NCBI GenBank assembly: GCA_951406725.2
Contig: OX597815.1
Location: 75,702,001 to 75,766,000 of the forward strand
Length of the DNA stretch: 64,000 bases
Direction of reading: 5' to 3'
Origin: Octopus vulgaris
Lineage: Eukaryota
The notes under the pieces were generated by a model. The model was not told where the DNA came from, made no database searches, and saw only the letters and a program-made list of their open reading frames with translations. The position numbers and the translations under genes were made by a program. Positions 42,697-57,554 of this stretch are shown piece after piece; position 1 is the first letter of the stretch; every line of letters begins with the position of its first letter.

Positions 42697-42727
<31 letters not shown>

Positions 42728-42734
42728 GTACGTA

Positions 42735-42771
<37 letters not shown>

Positions 42772-42867
42772 CGGAGTAAGCATATAAATGTGAAACAAGG
42801 TGAAAAAAAGGAGTGCTCAAATACCAGAGGTAGATAAATACGCTTTATTTAAAAGCAGCAGAAATAT

Positions 42868-42920
42868 AACAAAAGCTGTTACTCAGAGTTTCACGTTTCC
42901 GTTTGTCGGACAGTTTTGTT
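42868..42920 (-). ncRNA. Hammerhead-like motif (degenerate copy of the 19301-19352 family)
   Basis: Minus strand: AACAAAACTGT-CCGACAA-ACG(GAAA)CGT-GAA-ACTC(T)GAGT-A-ACAGCTTTTGTT. Core G8 is mutated. Confidence 0.5.
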
Positions 42921-43595
42921 AAAATAGAACAATAATAGAAAAAAAGATATGATCAAAACTAAATGAAGGATACACCTTTAAAAATGGATTTGTTTCATTG
43001 GTCCTTTCAGTTAACGGTCTTAAGCATGCAATGAACAAAATAAACAAAATAAATGAATTCAATATAAATTCATCCTATTATAAAAATCGAGGAAAACCAT
43101 AAATCGAAGAGTGGATTCAATATACATATTGTAAATAATTATATACGAAATATAATTCAATTAATACATTAAAATTAAAATTAAAATTTTCACGCTGCAT
43201 TACATAAATATTTTACAACAGTATATACCCATACTAGACCATCTATAATATACATATATACATCAAAATACACAGATGGATGCACACAGACTATATACAT
43301 ATGCAGACATATAAATGTAAGGCATAAATATACGCACAAATACACATATACACATGTACATATATGTACGCAACCATGCTCGCATGCAAAAATCACTTGG
43401 TGAATACATATAGAAGTTATAACAGACAAGCTAGATGAAAAGTAAATTTTAAAACGTAGGAAGGGGGAAGAAGAAGGAAAGGGTCTTAAATGTAACAATT
43501 AGCGATGGGAAAGTAAGGGGGGAGAATAGGAACTCATTGTTAAGACGTTATACAAGTAACCAATAGGGAGAGAAATGATACTTCCCGTAAGGAAA

Positions 43596-43632
<37 letters not shown>

Positions 43633-43800
43633 GAGAAAGAAAGGTGGCTGAAAATGTGTAACAAACGTACACAAAATAAAATTACGAATATATGTGTATA
43701 CAAAAGTGTATATTAGCATAAGTACACAAATAAATCATGTATTATAAGAAACATATCCAACAGTGTAATTAAAAACTAGTCCAAGAGTCAAAAAAATATA

Positions 43801-44110
43801 CTATCCATATGATATATTGTTAGCCGGCATTTTAAATTTAGTTGCGTGTCTGCAGGAATTCAAGAGTTCACGCCTTTGATTTAAAGCGCTACTGTCCTGG
43901 AATAGAATATAAAATTTTTCCAACAGGCATAAATCACATTTGATGGGTCTTTTATGCGCACCGAGTCTGTAAGGTGAAGCTCTATCTAAAATTCTCCATG
44001 TCACAGTAAAAGGTCAGGTTTTGTTTTCTTTTAATTCCCAGACATATTTTGCCAGGCTGGTCTTCGTCCTATTTTCGGGGTATCGAAAGGAATTTCTATG
44101 AGAGTAAAAT
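43801..44110 (-). mobile_element. Penelope-like element GIY-YIG C-terminal fragment
   Basis: TSLAKYVWELK upstream and TWRILDRASPY...KCDLCLLEKFYIL...LNQRRELLNSCRH, a C-terminus characteristic of one PLE lineage. Confidence 0.65.
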
Positions 44111-44709
44111 CAGGTTTAAATAAAATGTATATATATATAAGCGTTCAGAATAATTTTTCCATCGTCTTGGCTTAACAGCCCTCACTGTTTGTTTTTACTG
44201 GTTTGTTCTCATTGTTCTGTCTTTTACTGTTTTTACTTTTTTTATTGATTTTACTGTTTTGTTCTCACTGTCTTGTTCTCTTACCACTTTCACCGTCTGC
44301 AAAAATCCCAAATTTTATTTAATTTGCTTTGCGGGAAAAACTGTTTCAACGAAGTCGCGTTTTGTCCTTGCCTTCGTGAGGTGGAGTAGTTGAAACAGGG
44401 ACAACTGAAGAAGGGGAATATTTTTTATGTTGTATGACTCGTTTCTCTGTTTGTTTGTTTTTTCATCGTTCGAAAAAAAGTTAGTTTTATGTTTTTGTTT
44501 TTATGTTTTCGTTTCTCATTGTGTTCAACGTTTTTTTGATGTCTTGTACCCATATATGAATGTATATATACATATATATGTAGGTATGTACATATATGTA
44601 TGTATATATGCATATATATGTAGGTATGTACATATATGTATATATGCATATATTTATATATTATTTATATTATATATATATTTATATATATATTTATATA
44701 TATATATAT

Positions 44710-45098
44710 ATATATATATAAAGCTGAAGTTGTCTGTGTGTGGCAGGTTTGGTAGCCTTCAACTAACACTATCTCCTCCGAGACCCTGCGGTGCAAGTTG
44801 ACCAAAATTGAGAGTATTATAGAAGAAAGCTTGCTCTTCCTTCCGTAGAAGAAAAAATTCAAATCACACCATGTTAACACCAAAAATTATTCACATCAAA
44901 AAGGTGATTTTTTTCTATGAAAATCCCTATTTTTTACGATTTTTTTACTGCCGTGTCGCCATTTTTCGGTGTATTTCAACCAGAAAACTGTTCACTTAAA
45001 GAGAATAACAAGCTACATAATGCAAAATTTTTACTTTTCAAAAATTCCAATTCTAACGGGTCGAAACAAACCCGAGCAACGCTGGGTGATACTGCTAG
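44710..45098 (+). mobile_element. Non-autonomous Helitron
   Basis: 3' end has a GC-rich hairpin CCCGAGC(AAC)GCTGGG, then 8 nt, then CTAG|T. The 5' end TATATATAAAGCTGAAGTTGTCTGTGTGT is buried in (TA)n. Confidence 0.65.
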
Positions 45099-45402
45099 TA
45101 TATATATATATATACGCTCACGCACATATTTATATACCTACCTACCAACATACATACATACATAAACTATGAACTCTAATAGTGTGTTGTGGTAATGATG
45201 TTGGTAGGGTGTTATCTAATGGATATAGACAGTGGCGGTGGTGGTAAAGCCTTCTTGGCAAACTATTACTGTAGACTGAAAATTTAAAAATACTCTACTG
45301 TAACTACCATCTGTTTCTTATTCACTATATTTGAGTTACTTCGCTTTGCGTGACTCAAAATGATGGTAGGTTGGTAGATAAGGAGGTCGAAACATACAAC
45401 TA

Positions 45403-45629
<227 letters not shown>

Positions 45630-45942
45630 CTTTCTTTCTTTCTTTCTTTTATTAGCCACACAGGGCTGAATACAGAGGGGACAAATACAAATGCAGAGCT
45701 TTTCTTTTCGAGGGTGGAAAAAAATAAAAATGTAAGATTGCGATCAAAAGGGATCGAGAGGAGGAAAAAAAAAGGAAAAAAAGAAAATCGTGTATCACAG
45801 AAATAATGGTGTAAACATTGATATAACAAGATTGGGTTCATCCGTGGGAAGAAAAGCCTACAGAAAAGACCACGGGAACCCCAGTCAGGGAGGAAATAAA
45901 CACATGAGGTCAAAAATGCTCTCTTTCTTTCTTTTTTACGAT

Positions 45943-48900
45943 CTACAGGATCATGCTCAAAATGGTTTCGTTACTAGCACGCACCATCTTTGCAACATTC
46001 ACCCATCTTTTATTGAATCTTTCGCGAGACAAAACTTCCCTCTCCATTCTCACCTTCCTTTTCAAGTGGTACTTGAAAAAGTTGATGAGCGAATGGCCAG
46101 AGAGGTAAGTGTTTGTCTCTAATCCTTTCGCTCGAGTCCACCACACACATTCTTTCACCATGGCCACCAGTACGATGAAAACTGCCTTGCCTTCCCGGTT
46201 GAGGGAAGGGGGCGGAGCAATTCTCACGATAGACTCGGCCGATAGGCGGATTCGTCCCACACGTGACAGCAGCCGTTCGGCATAAGCCCACAGGTCGGAA
46301 ATGGTTGGACATTGCACGAGTGCGTGCAGAACGGTTTCGTCGCTCTGACCGCATCTCGGGCAAGTCGGTCCAGTGTGTCTGGAACCGTGTCTGTAGAGCT
46401 TATCCCGAACAGGTAATGCTTCTCGATAGCACTGCCAGGCCAGGGATCTTTGGTGATTGTTCATAGGTCCCGGCCCGAAAGTTGTCCTGAACAGGCGGGT
46501 CAGGTGTTCCTCGTCGACGCCCAGACTCTGCCCGAGTTCGTCGTCGCACCTCCCCTCCACTAATCCTCTATAGAATGCCTTTGTTGTGATGGAGTCGCAC
46601 AAGTTCGATCCCGGACGGCAGAGTTGCTTGAGAGCAACGCGACACTCACGGTGCCATTCGCCTAGCCTCGGTCTCTGCTTGATCCATGACTGTAGTTCGT
46701 CCAAGGAGACGAGCTGCGGGAAAGCGCGCCGCACAAAAGGCGACCACCCCTGTTCACCGTTGTCTATGAAGCGCCGGAGATGTCGCAGTCTCAGCGCATG
46801 TCTGCGCATCATCAACCACGGCATGCCCAGCCCTCCATTTAGCGGGTGTTGGCAGCAAATGGATCGCCTGACCATCGGAACGTTTCCCTTCCACAAGAAG
46901 CGGAAGAGTATGCGTTCCAGTTTGGTGATGGTAGGGTCGGGACAAGGCACGACGGTCAGACGGTACTCGATGACGGATGCGATGTACGCGTTCGCCACCT
47001 CCGCCCGACCTTTTAGGGATAGCTTTCTCTCAGTCCATTTCTGGGTGAGAGTAGCCACCCTAGTCGTTATCTCGCCCCAGTTCTTCTCCATTTGGAGGTC
47101 CGGACCGAACCAGACCCCGAGCAATTTAACCGGTCCGTCCGTCCAGCGTCCCACGATGGAGACGCTGTTGGACGGCATGGGCTTGCTTCTCCAGGTGCCG
47201 AGCCGCAAGCCCACTGACTTTTCCCGGTTAATTTTTGCTCCCGTTACCGCTTCGTATTCTTTCAGTGTCTCGCCGACCAGCTCGATGTGCTCGTAGCTCG
47301 ACACTATGACGGTGACGTCATCCGCGTATGCAGACACGCTCCTCCCGCATCCCAGCTCTCGTGGGATGCCCCTCAGCGTCGCCAGTTTCCGCAGTAGTGG
47401 CTCAAGAGTCAGTACATACAGCAGCGATGAGAGGGGGCATCCTTGACGAACCGAACGCATGATGTTAAAAGGTCTGGATAGATGACCATTTACGCGAACT
47501 ACTGAGCGGATGCCGCTGTATAAGGCAGCGATCCAACTGCGGAAAACTGGACCGAAACCAGCCGCTTTGAGGACAGCCTCCAAGTAGTGATGGTCTACCC
47601 TATCGAAGGCTTTTGATTGATCCAAATTGATCAGCGCCCCACCCATGCCAGGATTTTTAACTACCCTGTCTATGATGTAGCGCATCAGATGGAGGTTGTC
47701 ATGAATACTTCTACCCGGCACGGCGCATGTTTGCGCCTTGTCGATTAGTTTCTTGATGACAAGCGCCAACCTCTCGGCTAACACCTTGGCCAAAATTTTC
47801 AAATCTGCGTTGAGCAGAGTGATGGGCCTGAAATTATCTATGACGTCCCCCTTGTTTGGGTCTTTCTTGATCAGTGCCACTGCTCCTCGCTTTACAAAAG
47901 CAGTGAATATGTTCTGCTGCCAGTTGCAGTAGACAGCTGCCAAGACGCCTCCAAACAAGTCTGGCATATGAAAATAAAATTCGTAGGGCAGACCATCCAA
48001 GCCTGGTGACTTGTCTCTCGCGCAGCCTACCATCGCATCCTGTACGTCCGCAGCTGTGATAGGCTTTTCACAAGACTCCACCTCCCTTGCTGAGAGTCGT
48101 GGCAAGGCATGCAGGTAGGCACTAAAGTCCACTCTGCTTTCTGACTCACCACTTGTCCCAAACAGTTGGGTGAAGTGTTGTTGAAAAACCCCACACATCC
48201 TTTTAGGCTCGAGTAATTCGCGCCCCTGTTCATCTATAAGAGACTTGATGGTGGCTCTGTTGCCTCGTTGCGTCTCCACCACTCGGGCCTCTTGGGCGGC
48301 TCCAACTCCTTCGTTCCTCAGAGCACGCATCCTAGCTCTGACAACGCATCCCTCGTGTTTGGCGTTGAGGTGTTGGTCGAGGGCCAATCTCGCCGCCAGT
48401 ACGTTGGACGCGATGCCAGTTCTAAGTGCCTCTTCTAAAACCTTAACTAATTCTCCCTCTACTCTATTTCGGTCTAATGCTAGGGCTCTACTGTATCTGA
48501 CTGATTCTGCTTTAATCGCTTTTTTAGGGAATACCACCATCTGTTGTTGATGATGGTACCCGTCAAAGCTCTCTTAACTAATGTGCTGATCCGGTCCCTG
48601 TAAACCTGTCGTGCTGTAAAAGACGCGTTCAGTTTCCAGTAACCAGGACCCTGCCTATGTGTCTTATCTAAGTCAAGTGTACAAGTCACAAACTTGTGAT
48701 CTGTGTAACTGACTATATGAAATTGTGGACAACCTACACTATTTTTATCTATTGTCCTACAGAATACTCTATCTAAGTATGATCTGGACGACCCGATGCG
48801 GTTACTCCATGTCCACATTGGCACATTCGGGTGGTCCAGTCGGTACCTGTCAGACAGTTGGAAACGTCTGAGCAGGTCTTTGAGGCATTTGCATCCCCTT

Positions 48901-49376
48901 CTATTGCTATCTCTGCCCACGTAGTCTAGATGCGTGTCCAGGGTGGCATTCCAATCCCCCACTAAAAGTAAAGGACGAGACGTTCCCATGAAAGACTCTA
49001 GACGTCGAAAGAAATCTGGTCGGCCTGTTAAGGACGGAGCATAAACTGCTATCAGTCGAAAAGCACACTCATTGCTGCCATCGACATCCAAAACGACCAG
49101 CCTACCCTCCGGGTCTAGGAAATTTGCTCTTACTTTGAGATCCAGACTCTTCCGGATAAGCACCGCGGTGCCACCTCCGCCCATTCTCGGTAGACACGGA
49201 GAAAAATAAATGTTGAAATGTGTACCGAAAATGTGCTGGAGTGCCCGCAAGCTGTGGAGTCTGGTCTCACTGATGGCTATGATATTCAGATTTAGTGACT
49301 TGATGTCATTTAACAGGTAGCCTTGTTTCCAAGGCGACCCCAAGCCACGTACATTTATACTACCTATTCTGAGCAT
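45943..49376 (-). pseudogene. Copy 1 ORF2 (APE endonuclease + reverse transcriptase), split by a 1-bp homopolymer frameshift at ~48520
   Basis: ORFs 48480..49394 and 45943..48540 together equal ORF2 of copy 2. The run is T6 here versus T7 in copies 2 and 3. There is also an in-frame GSIP->IFT change at ~47903. Confidence 0.85.
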
Positions 49377-49418
49377 GTTCCGATAAAAGTGCAAAAAAGG
49401 AAAAGGAGAGAGAAAAGG

Positions 49419-51555
49419 TTACTTGTTTTCCGAAAGTTCTTTGTCTTTCACCTCACGGTCTTCTTCTATGAGGCTTTTATACAGTTTTTTTGATGAGTAC
49501 TTTTGAAATCTCCCTACTGCATCAGGGTAAAGAGATTTCAGGGTGCTGTATGTGTTCTGTGTCACGTGTATTATTTTAATGTGTTGTGGTGGTGTTGTGT
49601 GTGGGTGGTTACTTGTTTTTATGTCGTTTTCAGTAATGTTAGTGTTTGACCTAATGTGTTCCATTAGGTCGTGGTTGTTTGTGTTTATGGCTGTCAACAT
49701 TTTTGGGGGGTTTGATGATGGTGTGTTTGTGTTGATGTGTGTGTTTTCTGTGGATGTTTTTGTTTCGGGAGTGGTGTATCTTCCCGCTTTGTTTGTTATT
49801 TTTTCTTTTCTTTTTTTCCCCTTTTTCTTCTCCCCCTGTGGCTATTTGCCAATCTTCCGTGTCTTCTTCGTCTAATGACAGATCAGACGAATCGGAGTCT
49901 GGAAGAGGGAAAGTATTGGGGTCTATTGTCGACTGTGTTGGTTTTGTTGTTGGTGTTGGTTGGTGAGCGTTTGGTTGTGGTGTGTGCGGTTTTGGATGTG
50001 GGGTTTGGGTATTTTGTGTTTGAGTGATTGTGGGTATTGTTGTGTTGTTTAGGGTCTCAATTTTGTGGGGATTTGGAGTTGTAATTGTTTCTTCATTTAT
50101 GCTGGGTGTCTTTTTGGCAGATGTCCTTGGTTTGGGAGTTGGTATATTCTTGGTTGTTGTTGTTGGTGATGCTGCTTCTGTTCTTGGTGCTGCAGTTGGT
50201 GTGGTTGTTTGTTTGGTGAGGTTTGTTCCTGCAAAAAGTGGTGTGGGTAGTAGACCTTGTTTATTTGTTTTTGTTTCCGGCTGCTGTTGTTTTCTTGCGG
50301 CAGATTTGCAGTCTTTTTTGAGATGTTGCTCACTGCCGCATATGTAGCAACGTGGTCTTCTGCCATCGACGACCACATATAACTTGTGGTCGTCTGATAC
50401 ACATATCTGGGTGGGTATTTTTTTTATATCTTCATGATGTATATGTAGAAGAAATTCTATTTTCTTTCCCACCCAGTTTTTATGCTCTGTGACTGTGGTT
50501 TCCAAAATAGTATAATTCGCCATTTTTATGCATAAAGCCTTTACAAGCCATAGACTATTGGCTATTTTGGGGACATTGTTTAGAGTGATCTTAGTCACTT
50601 TCTGTCCCCGATAGCTTGGTGTAAGTTGGAGTTCATCTGAGTGAAGAGTTAGCGTTGAGAAATGTCTAGCTAACTCTTCGGTGTAGAAAACGACTTGTAT
50701 GTGGGCAAATTTGTTCCACCAGGTTACATATTCTTTGTGATCCCAGATGGGTTTCAGGCACTTCTCTATTTTGCCTGTGTTGGCCTTCTCTGGGATTTTT
50801 GTTTTTTTGTTAACTATTTTATAAATGATTGTTCGTCTTTTTTCATTTTCCAAAATATCTTCTGGTATGTTAATTTTTACGATACCTTCTGATTCTGTTA
50901 TTTTGATGTTCGTGTCCTGTAATTGTTGAGCCGTAAAGTATATTGTTGTTTTTTTTTCTTTAATCGCCTCAGCGAAATTTGTTGTTGTTTTGTTATTGTT
51001 GTTGCTTGTGGTGATGTTGTTGGCTGCAGTTTGTAAAATTGGTGTGTTAGGTTCGATCGTGCAAGTAGGAAGGGGTGGAAAATTGCCTGCGTACTTTAGT
51101 CCTGCACTAGGGCAAAATTCGACATTTCGTTTGCTTGTCGTCGTTATTTTTTCACTTGTTGGTGATGGAGTGAGCAGTGGTTGAAGGGAGTTGTTGTTGT
51201 CGTCGTTGTTGTTGTTGTTATTGTCGTTCTTGGTGACGGCTGTGGTGTTGGTAGTATTTGTAGCATTGACGGCACGGTCTTTGGTGGCGGTGATGGTGAT
51301 GTTGGTGTTGTTATTGGTGGCAATATCTTTAGTAGGGATAGCAGTTTTAGTAGCAGATTCTGCCATGGTGTTGGTGGTGGTGGTGGACTCACTGATGGTG
51401 TTGACGGTGCTTGGCCTTGCGACCTTTGTTTTGTATTTGTTGCTGTTGGTGGTGGTGGAGTTGTCAGGTTCGGCGTATGCTAACAGAGCATCCTGTTTTT
51501 CTGTTTCTCCGTCACGCTTGACTTGCAACTCAGCCTCGTGGTGGTCAGTGGCCAT
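49419..51555 (-). CDS. Copy 1 ORF1 (gag-like nucleic-acid-binding protein, ~712 aa when corrected), frameshifted in homopolymers at ~49811-49836
   Basis: ATG in AAAATGG context at 51555 (MATDHHE), Thr/Asn-rich N-terminus, CYICGSEQHLKKDC zinc knuckle, Thr/Pro-rich then acidic and basic tracts. Copy 2 shows the uninterrupted C-terminus ending KELSENK. Confidence 0.8.
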
Positions 51556-51776
51556 TTTGGAAATAAAATGGCTAAATGAAACCACGAAGGCTATGAGAAT
51601 TTTTCTTTTAAATTTTGCCCACAAGGGGCAAAATTTTGTGTCGATATTTATCAAAGGTTTACAGTGGATGTTGTTGTACAACTTTTAAGCAAAAAATGTT
51701 TGTCAATATACACTTTTAAATAGTCAAAATAAATGATTACCTTCGGAGCCGAAACGACATCACATCCGTCAGTCAG

Positions 51777-51790
51777 AGATAGAGAGAGAG

Positions 51791-51879
<89 letters not shown>
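51777..51879. repeat. (GA)n(GATA)n spacer between copies 1 and 2
   Basis: Direct reading. Confidence 0.95.
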
Positions 51880-51880
<1 letters not shown>

Positions 51881-52180
51881 CTTTCTTTTATTAGCCACAC
51901 AGGGCTGAATACAGAGGGGACAAATACAAATGCAGAGCTTTTCTTTTCGAGGGTGGAAAAAAATAAAAATGTAAGATTGCGATCAAAAGGGATCGAGAGG
52001 AGGAAAAAAAAGGAAAAAAAGAAAATCGTGTATCACAGAAATAATGGTGTAAACATTGATATAACAAGATTGGGTTCATCCGTGGGAAGAAAAGCCTACA
52101 GAAAAGACCACGGGAACCCCAGTCAGGGAGGAAATAAACACATGAGGTCAAAAATGCTCTCTTTCTTTCTTTTTTACGAT

Positions 52181-55100
52181 CTACAGGATCATGCTCAAAA
52201 TGGTTTCGTTACTAGCACGCACCATCTTTGCAACATTCACCCATCTTTTATTGAATCTTTCGCGAGACAAAACTTCCCTCTCCATTCTCACCTTCCTTTT
52301 CAAGTGGTACTTGAAAAAGTTGATGAGCGAATGGCCAGAGAGGTAAGTGTTTGTCTCTAATCCTTTCGCTCGAGTCCACCACACACATTCTTTCACCATG
52401 GCCACCAGTACGATGAAAACTGCCTTGCCTTCCCGGTTGAGGGAAGGGGGCGGAGCAATTCTCACGATAGACTCGGCCGATAGGCGGATTCGTCCCACAC
52501 GTGACAGCAGCCGTTCGGCATAAGCCCACAGGTCGGAAATGGTTGGACATTGCACGAGTGCGTGCAGAACGGTTTCGTCGCTCTGACCGCATCTCGGGCA
52601 AGTCGGTCCAGTGTGTCTGGAACCGTGTCTGTAGAGCTTATCCCGAACAGGTAATGCTTCTCGATAGCACTGCCAGGCCAGGGATCTTTGGTGATTGTTC
52701 ATAGGTCCCGGCCCGAAAGTTGTCCTGAACAGGCGGGTCAGGTGTTCCTCGTCGACGCCCAGACTCTGCCCGAGTTCGTCGTCGCACCTCCCCTCCACTA
52801 ATCCTCTATAGAATGCCTTTGTTGTGATGGAGTCGCACAAGTTCGATCCCGGACGGCAGAGTTGCTTGAGAGCAACGCGACACTCACGGTGCCATTCGCC
52901 TAGCCTCGGTCTCTGCTTGATCCATGACTGTAGTTCGTCCAAGGAGACGAGCTGCGGGAAAGCGCGCCGCACAAAAGGCGACCACCCCTGTTCACCGTTG
53001 TCTATGAAGCGCCGGAGATGTCGCAGTCTCAGCGCATGTCTGCGCATCATCAACCACGGCATGCCCAGCCCTCCATTTAGCGGGTGTTGGCAGCAAATGG
53101 ATCGCCTGACCATCGGAACGTTTCCCTTCCACAAGAAGCGGAAGAGTATGCGTTCCAGTTTGGTGATGGTAGGGTCGGGACAAGGCACGACGGTCAGACG
53201 GTACTCGATGACGGATGCGATGTACGCGTTCGCCACCTCCGCCCGACCTTTTAGGGATAGCTTTCTCTCAGTCCATTTCTGGGTGAGAGTAGCCACCCTA
53301 GTCGTTATCTCGCCCCAGTTCTTCTCCATTTGGAGGTCCGGACCGAACCAGACCCCGAGCAATTTAACCGGTCCGTCCGTCCAGCGTCCCACGATGGAGA
53401 CGCTGTTGGACGGCATGGGCTTGCTTCTCCAGGTGCCGAGCCGCAAGCCCACTGACTTTTCCCGGTTAATTTTTGCTCCCGTTACCGCTTCGTATTCTTT
53501 CAGTGTCTCGCCGACCAGCTCGATGTGCTCGTAGCTCGACACTATGACGGTGACGTCATCCGCGTATGCAGACACGCTCCTCCCGCATCCCAGCTCTCGT
53601 GGGATGCCCCTCAGCGTCGCCAGTTTCCGCAGTAGTGGCTCAAGAGTCAGTACATACAGCAGCGATGAGAGGGGGCATCCTTGACGAACCGAACGCATGA
53701 TGTTAAAAGGTCTGGATAGATGACCATTTACGCGAACTACTGAGCGGATGCCGCTGTATAAGGCAGCGATCCAACTGCGGAAAACTGGACCGAAACCAGC
53801 CGCTTTGAGGACAGCCTCCAAGTAGTGATGGTCTACCCTATCGAAGGCTTTTGATTGATCCAAATTGATCAGCGCCCCACCCATGCCAGGATTTTTAACT
53901 ACCCTGTCTATGATGTAGCGCATCAGATGGAGGTTGTCATGAATACTTCTACCCGGCACGGCGCATGTTTGCGCCTTGTCGATTAGTTTCTTGATGACAA
54001 GCGCCAACCTCTCGGCTAACACCTTGGCCAAAATTTTCAAATCTGCGTTGAGCAGAGTGATGGGCCTGAAATTATCTATGACGTCCCCCTTGTTTGGGTC
54101 TTTCTTGATCAGTGCCACTGCTCCTCGCTTTACAAAAGCAGGAATACTCCCGTTCTGCTGCCAGTTGCAGTAGACAGCTGCCAAGACGCCTCCAAACAAG
54201 TCTGGCATATGAAAATAAAATTCGTAGGGCAGACCATCCAAGCCTGGTGACTTGTCTCTCGCGCAGCCTACCATCGCATCCTGTACGTCCGCAGCTGTGA
54301 TAGGCTTTTCACAAGACTCCACCTCCCTTGCTGAGAGTCGTGGCAAGGCATGCAGGTAGGCACTAAAGTCCACTCTGCTTTCTGACTCACCACTTGTCCC
54401 AAACAGTTGGGTGAAGTGTTGTTGAAAAACCCCACACATCCTTTTAGGCTCGAGTAATTCGCGCCCCTGTTCATCTATAAGAGACTTGATGGTGGCTCTG
54501 TTGCCTCGTTGCGTCTCCACCACTCGGGCCTCTTGGGCGGCTCCAACTCCTTCGTTCCTCAGAGCACGCATCCTAGCTCTGACAACGCATCCCTCGTGTT
54601 TGGCGTTGAGGTGTTGGTCGAGGGCCAATCTCGCCGCCAGTACGTTGGACGCGATGCCAGTTCTAAGTGCCTCTTCTAAAACCTTAACTAATTCTCCCTC
54701 TACTCTATTTCGGTCTAATGCTAGGGCTCTACTGTATCTGACTGATTCTGCTTTAATCGCTTTTTTTAGGGAATACCACCATCTGTTGTTGATGATGGTA
54801 CCCGTCAAAGCTCTCTTAACTAATGTGCTGATCCGGTCCCTGTAAACCTGTCGTGCTGTAAAAGACGCGTTCAGTTTCCAGTAACCAGGACCCTGCCTAT
54901 GTGTCTTATCTAAGTCAAGTGTACAAGTCACAAACTTGTGATCTGTGTAACTGACTATATGAAATTGTGGACAACCTACACTATTTTTATCTATTGTCCT
55001 ACAGAATACTCTATCTAAGTATGATCTGGACGACCCGATGCGGTTACTCCATGTCCACATTGGCACATTCGGGTGGTCCAGTCGGTACCTGTCAGACAGT

Positions 55101-55618
55101 TGGAAACGTCTGAGCAGGTCTTTGAGGCATTTGCATCCCCTTCTATTGCTATCTCTGCCCACGTAGTCTAGATGCGTGTCCAGGGTGGCATTCCAATCCC
55201 CCACTAAAAGTAAAGGACGAGACGTTCCCATGAAAGACTCTAGACGTCGAAAGAAATCTGGTCGGCCTGTTAAGGACGGAGCATAAACTGCTATCAGTCG
55301 AAAAGCACACTCATTGCTGCCATCGACATCCAAAACGACCAGCCTACCCTCCGGGTCTAGGAAATTTGCTCTTACTTTGAGATCCAGACTCTTCCGGATA
55401 AGCACCGCGGTGCCACCTCCGCCCATTCTCGGTAGACACGGAGAAAAATAAATGTTGAAATGTGTACCGAAAATGTGCTGGAGTGCCCGCAAGCTGTGGA
55501 GTCTGGTCTCACTGATGGCTATGATATTCAGATTTAGTGACTTGATGTCATTTAACAGGTAGCCTTGTTTCCAAGGCGACCCCAAGCCACGTACATTTAT
55601 ACTACCTATTCTGAGCAT
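52181..55618 (-). CDS. Intact ORF2 polyprotein (1145 aa): APE endonuclease, reverse transcriptase, C-terminal Cys/His zinc finger
   Basis: APE motifs SINVRGL, ISET, VYAP, GDWN, YLDR, TDH. RT motifs KSPGLDGLP, FRPITLLN, DQSKAFDRVDH, QGCPLS, YADD. Also GPGYWKLN, GGLG and CPRCGQSDETVLHALVQC, typical of L1/Tx1. First ATG at 55618. Confidence 0.95.
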   Translation of the reverse strand: MLRIGSINVRGLGSPWKQGYLLNDIKSLNLNIIAISETRLHSLRALQHIFGTHFNIYFSPCLPRMGGGGTAVLIRKSLDLKVRANFLDPEGRLVVLDVDGSNECAFRLIAVYAPSLTGRPDFFRRLESFMGTSRPLLLVGDWNATLDTHLDYVGRDSNRRGCKCLKDLLRRFQLSDRYRLDHPNVPMWTWSNRIGSSRSYLDRVFCRTIDKNSVGCPQFHIVSYTDHKFVTCTLDLDKTHRQGPGYWKLNASFTARQVYRDRISTLVKRALTGTIINNRWWYSLKKAIKAESVRYSRALALDRNRVEGELVKVLEEALRTGIASNVLAARLALDQHLNAKHEGCVVRARMRALRNEGVGAAQEARVVETQRGNRATIKSLIDEQGRELLEPKRMCGVFQQHFTQLFGTSGESESRVDFSAYLHALPRLSAREVESCEKPITAADVQDAMVGCARDKSPGLDGLPYEFYFHMPDLFGGVLAAVYCNWQQNGSIPAFVKRGAVALIKKDPNKGDVIDNFRPITLLNADLKILAKVLAERLALVIKKLIDKAQTCAVPGRSIHDNLHLMRYIIDRVVKNPGMGGALINLDQSKAFDRVDHHYLEAVLKAAGFGPVFRSWIAALYSGIRSVVRVNGHLSRPFNIMRSVRQGCPLSSLLYVLTLEPLLRKLATLRGIPRELGCGRSVSAYADDVTVIVSSYEHIELVGETLKEYEAVTGAKINREKSVGLRLGTWRSKPMPSNSVSIVGRWTDGPVKLLGVWFGPDLQMEKNWGEITTRVATLTQKWTERKLSLKGRAEVANAYIASVIEYRLTVVPCPDPTITKLERILFRFLWKGNVPMVRRSICCQHPLNGGLGMPWLMMRRHALRLRHLRRFIDNGEQGWSPFVRRAFPQLVSLDELQSWIKQRPRLGEWHRECRVALKQLCRPGSNLCDSITTKAFYRGLVEGRCDDELGQSLGVDEEHLTRLFRTTFGPGPMNNHQRSLAWQCYREALPVRDKLYRHGSRHTGPTCPRCGQSDETVLHALVQCPTISDLWAYAERLLSRVGRIRLSAESIVRIAPPPSLNREGKAVFIVLVAMVKECVWWTRAKGLETNTYLSGHSLINFFKYHLKRKVRMEREVLSRERFNKRWVNVAKMVRASNETILSMIL

Positions 55619-55661
55619 GTTCCGATAAAAGTGCAAAAAAGGAAAAAGGAGAGAGAAAAGG

Positions 55662-57254
<1,593 letters not shown>

Positions 57255-57554
57255 CTTTCTTTTATTAGCCACACAGGGCTGAATACAGAGGGGACAAATA
57301 CAAATGCAGAGCTTTTCTTTTCGAGGGTGGAAAAAAATAAAAATGTAAGATTGCGATCAAAAGGGATCGAGAGGAGGAAAAAAAGGAAAAAAAAGAAAAT
57401 CGTGTATCACAGAAATAATGGTGTAAACATTGATATAACAAGATTGGGTTCATCCGTGGGAAGAAAAGCCTACAGAAAAGACCACGGGAACCCCAGTCAG
57501 GGAGGAAATAAACACATGAGGTCAAAAATGCTCTCTTTCTTTCTTTTTTACGAT

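Noticed and set aside
46586-47296. 236-aa antisense ORF inside ORF2 (repeated in each copy)
   Set aside because: Shadow ORF opposite a GC-rich coding region, with no recognisable motifs.
51556-51681. 42-codon N-terminal extension of ORF1 in the ORF track (also 63162-63287)
   Set aside because: It begins at a non-ATG codon. The first ATG in good context is at 51555 (63161 in copy 3).
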